Shown piece by piece: positions 51,601 through 61,500 of a stretch of DNA of 64,000 bases. Below the pieces are notes generated by a model, which was given only the letters and a program-made list of their open reading frames with translations, made no database searches and was not told the DNA's origin. The stretch comes from Azolla caroliniana (taxonomy: Eukaryota > Plantae > Polypodiophyta), in contig JBHGNT010000006.1 in assembly GCA_043228905.1 (NCBI GenBank), positions 10,726,001 to 10,790,000 on the forward strand, in the 5' to 3' direction. Each line of letters starts with the position of its first letter. The stretch's first letter is position 1. Position numbers and translations under genes: made by a program.

Positions 51601-54487
51601 TAAAGCGGCGATGATCAAACTTCTCACAGAGTTTCGCGACGTATTCGCCTGGTCATACGAAGACATGCGAGGGCTGGACCCTCAATTATATCAGCATCAG
51701 ATCCACTTAGGCAAGGACGCGAAACCAGTGGCGCAAAGACGTTACCGAATGAACCCCAACTACGCCGCCAAAGTGAAGGAGGAAATCGACAAACTCAGAG
51801 TGGGCTTCATCCGGCCGGTAAAGAAAGCGACGTGGCTGAGCCCCATCGTCGTCGTCCCCAAGAAGAACGGTAAAATCCGCGTGTGTGTAGATTACAGGAA
51901 ACTAAATGCCGCCACAATTACGGATGCATTCCCTCTTCCGTTCACGGATGGAGTACTGGATGCCGTCGCCGGCCATGAAGCTTATAGCTTTCTAGACGGG
52001 TTCAGCGGATACAATCAAATCCGGATGCACCCCGACGACCAGGAGAAGACAACGTTCGTCACCGAATGGGGGGTATTTGTGGCCGAAGTAATGATGTTCG
52101 GCCTAAAAACGGCACCAGCAACTTTCCAGCGAATCATCATGGAGATCTTCGGCGAATACATTCCTGCCTTCATGCAGGTTTTCCTGGATGATTTTGCAGT
52201 CTATAGCCGGGGAAAAGACCATTTGCAGCACCTACGGCTATGCCTTGAAAAGTGTAGGTTATACCGGCTAAGCTTAAACCCAACAAAATGCATCTTTGGA
52301 GTTTCAAGTGGAATCTTACTGGGACACATTGTAAGTAAGGAGGGCATTGCGGTCGACCCGGACAAAGTAAACGCGATACTAGGGGCATCGGCGCCGAAAA
52401 CGGCCAAAGCACTAAGCCGATTCTTAGGACAGATCCGGTGGCACAGCCGGATGCTCCGTCACTTGGCTGACTTGGCTACACCATTACACACCGCGGTACA
52501 TCGGACACCGTTCCAATGGACGGATACGGAGGATAAGGCATACAATGCCCTGAAGGTACTTTTGTCGCAAGCACCCGTCGTGCAGCCTCCGGATTGGAGC
52601 AAGGAATTTCATGTGTTCGTGGACGCTTCCGACATCGCTATCGGCAGCGCCTTAATGCAACTTACGGAGCCCAAATGGTACCGGCCGGTATATTACGCCA
52701 GCCGGAAGCTGTCCCAAGCGGAGAAGAACTATTCGACTACGGAACGGGAGGCCCTGGGCATGATCTACAGTGTCACAAAGTTTCGTCATTACCTATTGGG
52801 AAGGAAGTTCTCCTTTCATGTGGATCACTCGGCGCTCCTGTACTTAGTATCCAAGGCGTCCCTGACCGGTAAGTTGGCCCGTTGGACCTTGCTGTTGCAG
52901 GAGTTCGAATTCGAGATCTTCCACCGGCCCGGTATCCAGCATGCCATAGCAGACTATCTGAGCCGGTTAGAGTCCGGAGAATCAGGAGACGGAGTAGCGG
53001 ATGAATTCCCGGACGCAGAGTTATTCCGTATCACCCCGGAAACGGCAGCGGACGACACGGTGGCATCAGAAGATAGGTGGCTGACAAACATGCACCAGTT
53101 CCTAAGCACAGGCCTGCCACCGGAGGAAATGAACCGGGACGAGAGGAAACGACTGGCGGTGCAGAGCCGCAATTTCTGTCTGTTACGGGACACTCTCTAC
53201 CACAAAGGAGCAGATGGAATATGGAGACGGGCAGTCCGTGGTGACGAGAAACAAGTAATCTTACGGGAAGCACACTGTGGGGTTGCCGGAGGACACTATG
53301 CCGGGGAAGCGACGGCAAGGAAAGTATGGCAGAGCGGCATATGGTGGCCCACGACGTTAAAAGACGCCGTCAAGTATGCTAAGGAATGTGACCTATGCCA
53401 ACGAATGGGCCAGCCTACGGAGCAAGCATGGATGCCACACCAACCGGTACTTCCACTAGAGCCATTCCAGAAGTGGGGGTTGGATTTCGTCGGACCGTTC
53501 AAGCCACCGGCAATGAGAACGGGTAATCGTTATGTCATCGTGGCAACAAATCATTGCACTAAATGGGTGGAGGCTAAGGCCTTGAGAGACAATACCGCGT
53601 CATCCACAGCAAAATTCCTGTACGAGAACATTTGGTGCCGATATGGATGTCCGATTGAATTAATCAGCGACCAAGGAGGGCACTTCCTCGGCCAGGTAGT
53701 GGAAAGCTTAACAACGTTCTATGCCGTGGTTCATAAACGGAGCACACCGTACTACCCACAAGCGAATGGGTTAGCAGAGTCCACCAACAAAACGCTGCAG
53801 AACATTCTCCGCAAAATCGTCAATGAAAACCGGATGGACTGGGATACAAAGCTCCATAGCGCGCTATGGGCGTACCGGACGGCATACAAAACAAGTATCC
53901 GGACAATGCCGTTCCGGTTAGCGTTCGGCTTAGAGGCGGTCATGCCGGTGGAGTTTCAGGTACCAAGCTTACGGATCCAACTACGGGAACGGCTGAATGA
54001 AAAGAAGTCGGAGGAAATGCGGCTAGCAGCACTATGCGAACTGGAGGAGCAACGGCTGGCCAGCATCCTACACATGGAACTGGAGCAACGACGACGAAAA
54101 GCGTTCGTTGACCGTCACCGGAAAGGTAACGAAAAGATGTTCGAAATTGGAAAGCCGGTGCTAGTATTCCAAACGAGGATGGGTAAGATGCCAGGTAAAC
54201 TCCGGTTTAGATGGACAGGCCCGTATTGGCTGACACGGGAATACAACGGGTCCTATCAGATAGGGACACTTGCCGGTGAAGTACTAGGCAAGTGGGTGAA
54301 CGGATTTAGACTAAAGCCCTATAAAGGACCGATGCCAAATAACCCGTTTATGCAGCCCACCGGCACTATACCGGGAACGGTACGGATGGAAGGAAAAGAC
54401 GACGGGGAACCCGTAGCAGAGGCGAAGGAAGACACGGCAACCCGTAGGGAAAACGGTAAGGGTCCGAAGGGACCTACGGATGTGTAA
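48654..54487 (+). pseudogene. H gag-pol, originally one ORF; 3 premature stops and one 2-nt frameshift
   Basis: Same frame across TAA 49284, TAG 49569 and TAG 50724. GT duplication in protease VIDGGSGV|N near 50940. RT FLDGFSGYNQI/VFLDDF, RNase H VDASD, integrase HHCC, GLDFVGP, SDQG, GPY. No chromodomain. Confidence 0.92.
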
Positions 54488-54501
54488 GATCACATACCGT
54501 C

Positions 54502-54504
<3 letters not shown>

Positions 54505-54541
<37 letters not shown>
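54505..54541 (+). repeat. 37-nt poly(A) tract between pol and the extra ORF of H
   Basis: Directly visible, starting 17 nt after the pol stop. Confidence 0.97.
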
Positions 54542-54542
<1 letters not shown>

Positions 54543-54867
54543 ATTAAAAATCGAGGTATGAACGGACGTGAAAGCAAGGAGCGAAAAGGTACGTAGTGGG
54601 CATTTAAGAGCCGCCACATTGCTTAATACTAATTTGGTACACGACGTGCGCATGCTCGAAAAAGGCGCCAAGACGCACAGAGAAAAAGAAGAACGCATGG
54701 AGACCTTTTGTTTTCGCGAGCCAAGAAGCACAGAAGCACCAAGGCAGTGGAAGCTTAGCAAACGCGAACCTGCACTCAGAGTACCGCCGCGTTCAGAACG
54801 CTCACTCTCTCGCTCTCACTCTCATCACCACTCTACCTCGCCATCTTTCCTCGACCTCGAAGCAGAC

Positions 54868-57462
54868 ATGGAACCACAAACGCTGTCGGAAGCGGCCAGG
54901 AAATGGTTCAGGCAACACGGACTGGAGGGGTTCTTGACCATCATGGAGGCACCACCGCACAGAGAAGCCGACCGGGTCATCAAGGAGCTCGACACGGAAG
55001 TCATCACCGAGGAAGCGATCCGTGCGCTAACAGGCCTTCCGGAGGGAGGTCTTTTTCAGATTGATAACCCAACCTCGGAGCAACTCATCCGATATTTCGG
55101 TGAGTACTCTGTAGCCGGCAAAGGCTATCGAATGCAGGGCGGCGAAGATCCGCTATTCAGGGAGATAGCTCGAGTGCTCCATGAGTACGGCCACGTGTAC
55201 CCCCGACCCCCTGTCATGCCAAAAAATCGGGCAGGGATGATCATAGCCACCTATGAAGGGATCAAGGTGGACTGGCCGGTGTTGATTGCAGACGGTTTGT
55301 GCGCGGCAATCGACATGGTACGAGGGAAGGACGGCAAGGAGGGCCGGAAGCTGTGGCATGCTGTAGCTCAGTGGATAACATTGCTCGTGCCGCCGGTCGA
55401 GACTGTTCAGCCAAAGAAGCGGCCAAGATTATCGGAAGGAAGCACTTCGAAACCCGCGTCCAAACGACAGCAGCTGCTGGCGTCAAAGGCGATGAAAGGA
55501 AAGAAACGGCTCCCAGAACCGGAGGAGGTGTCACCGGTCCGACCCGTTAAGATAACCATACGGCGACCGGGACAGAAGGAACCGGAACCCTTGACGGCAC
55601 AGAAACATGCCGTTACCCAGGAAGAGGAAACGGAGGAGCCAGAAGAGCACCTCCAACGACGGTCAAGAAGTAGGACCGCCGGGACAGCGGGGGACCGTTC
55701 GTACCCGCAAGAGGAAGAAACGTCCCCAACTCAACCTGAGCAAACCACAAGGGAGGAACCGGAACCGGTGCGTATGGAACCGGCCTTGTCGACTTCTATA
55801 GAAGAAGTCATTCCAACGGCTCCGGAGACGGCGAGAACCGGAACTCAACAGCCGGCGAGCCCAGCCAGCACACACGGCGGCCAAGGAGTAGAACCAGTAC
55901 AGCAGCAAGGCACCAGTAGCATGTGGCTACGGTGGGTAGGTGAGCAGATCGCCGGAGCGGTCGAGTACATAGAGGCGGAGGAGAGAGCGCACAACGAACG
56001 GTTGCTCGTCACAACCGTAGATCTAGAGACGGCCCGGTCCAGAATCCGGAGCCTTGAACAAGACTTGGACAGGGTCACAAGGGAAATGGCTCAATTGGCT
56101 TTGACAACACAAGTCCAAGCACCGGTGACTCCGGGCAATGTACAGAATATAGCGATAGATCAACCTGTACATAGCAATCAGACCCCGGCAACGGAAACCG
56201 TTCCGGAGAGAAATGCGGCACAAGCCCAAGAGCTTGCAGACTTAAAGGATGAGCTAGCTGCCCAAGAAGCGCTGAGGAGCCGCGAAAGAGAATTGAAGAC
56301 GACAGCAGAGGCGGAACTCAAAAAGACTGCTGAGAATCTACGCCGGGCCGAGGAGAGCTTACGAAAAGGCCACCAAGCGTACGACCGGCTCAAGGAGGAA
56401 AAGTAGAAAATGCTGCAAGAGAAGGACAGGCTCCGGAGAAACGCCGAAACAGAAATAGAGCGCCTGAAAGAAGAACTCCGGCAGGTAAAGGACCGGGAGG
56501 ACCGGAACCATCGCCAGATCAACGGCAAGCTCAAACAAAAAACGGAGGAATTTGAGCACTTGCACCGGGAGTATAACCGGTTGCAAACGGAGCACAAGGA
56601 ACGGACGGATGAGCTCCGACAAGCAGTTGATCGGACCGCAACGGCATACGCTAATGAACAAGCGGAAACCAGACGACGGTTGGAAGAGGCGGAGAAGGTT
56701 CGGACAGAGCTCCTCAGGCAACAGCAGGCGGAAAAAGAAAGAGCGGCGGAGGTACTGCAGAGGCTGCAGACAACATATCAAGGGCAGCTGACGCGCTACA
56801 GAGAGCAGGCGGAGGATACGGCGAATCTCATCAAGCAGTTGAAGGAGGAACGACAAGTTGTGGAAAGTAGAGCGCAAATGGGAGCAAGTCGTATCCAGGA
56901 TATCATGCGGGCCTGGTTGAACCAGACCAAGAGCTTGATTGACAACGGTTCCGTCAAATGGTGGACCAAGTGGGCCACGAACGCGGCGGAACTCCAAATG
57001 CTCCGGGCCGACGTAGAGAACCGGCGGAAGGAGGAAGATGATTGCTATATGCTGACTTCCGAAGACTTCACCGGCATAAGAGATGAGCTGGCCGAAGACT
57101 TTCAAGCCTTGGCAGAAGACCAACTAGGGCAAGTCCGGCAACTTGTAGCTCAGCTGGACGACGACAGGCTGGAGGCGCAGATCCAGTTTGAAAGCTACGA
57201 GAGGTCCCGGATCCGGGAAGAGAAAGCACGAGAACCGGTTACGGTCAACCTCAGTGATGAGGAACCGTTACTGGAAGGAGACTGGACCGGAAGCAGTCAA
57301 ACGGAGATGCCGGAGTCAAAGAAACAAACGGAGCAGCCGGAGCAGCCTCAGTCCCAACCGCAACCACAGCAGCAGCAGCAAGCACAGCCGCAACAACCAC
57401 AACCGGAAGAACAAGTGGAAATTCTGGAACAAAGTATTTTGGACAATTTGGGTGAACAATGA
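54868..57462 (+). CDS. Extra ORF3 of element H (~865 codons, one internal TAG at 56404-56406): PMD/plant-transposon-like N-terminus, Pro/Glu linker, long coiled coil
   Basis: ORFs 54568-56406 and 56410-57462 are in the same frame. Probable start MEPQTLS. Motifs ITEEAIRALTGLPEGG and GIKVDWPVLI. E/K/R/Q/L heptad-like C-terminal half. Domain identity is inference. Confidence 0.8.
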
Positions 57463-58316
57463 AGGGGCGGAGAAGGGTTCGACGTACAAGGTACTGTCCC
57501 ACGGGCGTGCCATGTGTTACCGGCCGGCAAGGAGTCCAAAATACGGAGTGAAGGAATTAATTAAGTATGGTTGTAAATAAGCATAGTGTGGACGGACGGA
57601 CTGGAAACGGTATGCCGTTCCAGATCCGGACGGATCCCGAATAGGTGCGGCGAATAATAGCAGTATTCCTCAAACTGCCCTTTATATTCGCCACCATTGT
57701 CGGTCGGACAACCTTCAACTTCTGACCTGACTCCCGTTTGGCTCTTGCCTGGAACTCCTTGAAGAACGACAATACATGATCTTTTGAATTTAATATGAAA
57801 GACCACAACTTCCGACTATAGTCATTGATAAAAGTCACAAAGTGCTCTCCGCCTCGGTGTGACAAAGCATCTACATAGCACACATCCGTGTGTACTAGTT
57901 CTAGTGGCACTTCTCTTCTCCTTGGTGGTCTGAAGTGGAATGCTGCTCTGTTCTGCTTTCTGACTAAGCAGTCGACATACTTCTCCAGGTGCACTGCCTT
58001 TACTTCTGTTAGAAGCCTTTGGTCGGCCAACAGATGGAGTCCCTTCTCACTCATGTGGTCTAGCCTCTTATGCCATATCTGTCCCGCCGAGTCGGCTGCC
58101 ACATTCACTTCCGAGTTGCACAGTCGGGCTTGCATCATTTACAATGTGCCTTCCTTCTATGCTCGGGCCGCTATAAGATTTCCTCGATAGAACTTGCACT
58201 TGCCATTTTGAAAACTACCATTGTAGCCTTCGTCCTCTAGTCTTCCAGTCGATATCAGATTCAATCTGATATCGGGGACGTGTCGAACATCCTTCAGAGT
58301 TAGACGACACCCCGTC

Positions 58317-58595
58317 TGTTGAATATGAGCTTCTAATGGACTTATTAACACCGTCTCCTTTTGTACAAACTAGGCTTAGGCTATTTATGTAAATAGTGAG
58401 AAGCGCAATTGCCCTAAGTAAGTCAGTATATAAACTGACTTTGTAACCTAGTTAGGGTGGTTTCTTTAAGTTGTAATATACTCTTTACTTTGTGCCTAAC
58501 TGTCTCTCTCTCTTTGGCATACTAGTGGTATTGTTTGTCTTTGCTACTATAAAAGTTACGATCTTGTATCCACTGACGATCATATAGGAGGTTAT
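58317..58595 (+). mobile_element. LTR I (J-related, opposite orientation) inserted in F and interrupted by J
   Basis: F coding stops abruptly at TGTTGAATATG. GGCTATTT..GTAAATA..TTGCCCTA..AGTCA.TATATAAA.TGACTTT layout shared with the J LTR. The far end is outside the window. Confidence 0.7.
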
Positions 58596-61500
58596 TGTAG
58601 GGAATGAACAAGGCCGTCAGTGCGGAAGAGATCACACAATATGAATTTGTGAGGAAGAAATACCTGCGTATGAGAGAGGCAAGAACAAAATACGTACAGG
58701 GAGAGAGAGAGAGAGAGAGGCACAAATCATATATCTATATTCATAAAAGGGCGACAGTTACAACAATGAACAACCAACCTTTACAAAAGGTTAGAAAGTC
58801 ACTTTATATAGTGACTCACATAGGGCAACTGCCCTTTATGTTATTTACAAAAATAGCCCGAACTTGGGCTCTCTAAGAGAATAGTATGAATATGTCCATT
58901 ATACATTTGTATTCGACACTCCCCCGTAATGGGCGTATACATGGGTTATCTAAAAATACAGGTATAGGCATAGATTCTCGGACAGGTCGGTTTTGTTCGA
59001 ATCGGCCTGATCCGTAGACAGAAGACCGAACTGGTCGGGTCGGAAAAGCTGAAGCCGATCGTTAGTGAACCGATGTCCGTTGTCCGAAACCATCTTGCAC
59101 TATGTCCGGCTTCAACCGGACCGATATGTTGTTACGCCCATCTGTTGCCGAAGAGACCGGAACCGGTCTGTCGAAAGACACTTGGTCATTCCATCTGCGA
59201 CATTGTCGGTTGTGGATATCTTCTCTAAACCGATTTTCCCGGAAATGACGCAGTCCCGAACGAAGTGATATCGAACTTCGATATGCTTGGAGGCATTGTG
59301 ATGAACCGGATTTTTCGACAAAGCAAAGCACTCTGACTGTCACTGTAGACAACTGGAGCCGAGTCGGAGTCGACTTGCCGAAACGTGTGCGCCAGCCGAC
59401 CGAGCCATAAAGCTTCTTTCGCTACATCGGAGACAGCTACATATTTTGCTTCGGTCGTTGAGGTGCCTGTGCACTCCTGAAGTTTCGACTTCCACGAGAT
59501 TGCTCCATTGCCGAATTTAAAGCAATATCCGGTTGTTGACTTGCGACTGTCCACACAGCCGGCGAAGTCCGAGTCGGTGTAACCGGCTACGCCTGAAGTT
59601 GAGTTCGGACCGAAAAGGATGCCGTGGTCTTTTGTGCCACCTAAATATCTGAACACATGCTTGACTGCGTTCCAGTGCGATCGATCGGGATTGTGCATAA
59701 ATCTACTGATGACTCCTACGGCGTGAGAAATATTAGGCCGTGTCGCGACCATCGCGTACATAAGAGAGCCTACTGCCGGTGCATACGGTATCGACTTCAT
59801 GTCTTCTCCCTCCGGACTGGATGTCGAGCAGTCTCGCTGAGAAAGCCGAAGATGAATGGGGAGCGGGGTCGAAGCAGACTTGGCCGATTGCATGTTGAAG
59901 CGTTCCAAGACACGTCCGATGTAGTCGGTTTGAGACAGAAAAAGCTGTCTTTTGGCGCGATTCCGACTAATCTTCATTCCGAGTATGTGTCTTGCCGGAC
60001 CGAGGTCCTTCATGGCAAACTTCAATCGCAGAGTCCGAATGAGTTCGGTGAGCTCTCCGGTATGCCGACCAGAGAGTAGCATGTCGACCACGTAGATGAT
60101 GAGGAAGACGGGAGAACCGACTTGAGCTGTTTTGGTGAAGAGGTAGTGGTTCTCATCCCTCTTGGAGAAGCCGACCGACTGGATGAAATCGTCGAACTTC
60201 TTGTACCACTGTCGGGGTGCTTGTTTTAGGCCGTAAAGACTCTTCCTAAGTCGGCAGACTAGATGTTCCTGACCGGTGGCCACAAAGCCTTTCGACTGCT
60301 CCATGTAGATTTCCTCCTTTAGATCACCGTGGAGGAATGCCGTTTTCACATCTAGCTGAATCAGCTCCAAATTGTCGGCAGCCACAACACCGAGCATGAA
60401 ACAAAGGGTTGTCATTTTCACCACTGGTGAAAAGATTTCGTCGAAATCGACGCCATATTCCTGTCGAAATCCCTTCGCAACTAATTTGGCCTTGTACTTT
60501 GGGGTGGTTGAGTCAGACGTCTCCTTTAGTCTATAGACCCACTTGCAAGGAAGAGCACGTCGATTCTTCGGTAAGTCGACCAGATCCCAAGTCTTGTTGG
60601 TGCGGATGGAGTGCATTTCCGACTCCATTGCTAGATGCCAGGTGGCTGAATCGACAGCTGCCGATGCTTCTTCGTAGGACATCGGTTTGTCGGCGTCGAT
60701 GAAGAAAATTCCGGGAGAGTACCTCTCCGGAGGTTGCGACAGTCTCTCGGATCTTCGAGGTATGATTGGACTGGTCGCATCGGGTGTCGATGTTGGATGG
60801 TCGGAAGCCAAGTCATTCGGCTGTGCCGAATCTGTGGATTCGGTGCGAGAGAAGTCGGTTACCCGTGAAACCGGTCTCGTGTTGTGTGCTGGGCCGTCAT
60901 GAAGGGTTGGCACTTCGGAAAATATTACCCTTCGGACTTCAATAGGCCTTTCGGCCGTTTTGTGCATAGTCGACTCGTTGAACACGATGTCCGAACTTCG
61001 GACGATTTGCCTGTGCTCGGGGTCCCAGAGTTGGTATCCGATCTCGCCGTCGGGTCCATACCCGAGGAAAACGCATTTCCTTGATCTCGGTTCGAGTTTT
61101 CGGCGGTCGTCTTTCGGTATGAGGGCGTATGCCTCGCAACCGAAAATCCTCAGCTTATCATAATTCGGCTTTCTGCCGGTCCATATTTCCTGAGGTATCT
61201 TAAGTCCTAGAGGTCTACTTGGCGACATATTGATTATGTGTACTGCCATGAGTAGAGCCTCTGCCCAGAAGCCATCCGACAGTCCGGAGTGTTGGAGCAT
61301 GGATACAACGCGTTCTTGAATCGTTTGATTCATGCATTCTGCGATTCCGTTCTGCTCCGGACTATATGGTGCCGTATATTCACGTCTAATGCCGCGTTCT
61401 TGGCAAAATTTGACAAATTCATCAGATTTGAACTCACCTCCATTGTCGGTTCGGAGAAACTTCAGTTTCCGACCGGTCTGGTTTTCGACCATTGTGAGTC

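Larger units (their letters stand above)
48184..57659 (+). mobile_element. Full-length non-chromoviral Ty3/gypsy element H (Athila/Tat-like RT) with an extra 3' ORF; LTRs 48184-48602 and 57515-57659
   Basis: TSD GCAGT (48179-48183 and 57660-57664). PBS TGGCGACCAC (48609-48618, tRNA-Arg-like). The LTRs share 135+10 bp with 2 differences. Confidence 0.95.
40840..58316 (-). mobile_element. Decayed Copia element F (A-like) in three pieces: ~40840-41046, 47065-48183, 57665-58316
   Basis: Removing G restores TVLSIATSM and removing H restores KGQFEEYCKAQG. Motifs KQAPRQWYKKF, FGYRLWD, LVHTDVC, WHKRLDH, LKDVRHVPDIRLNL. Confidence 0.85.

Noticed and set aside
56359-57123. 254-aa antisense ORF and similar antisense ORFs across the elements
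   Set aside because: Shadow frames of GC-rich, codon-biased coding sequence with no recognisable motifs.
54868-57462. ORF3 as a retroviral envelope gene
   Set aside because: It occupies the env position, but I see no signal peptide or convincing transmembrane segment.
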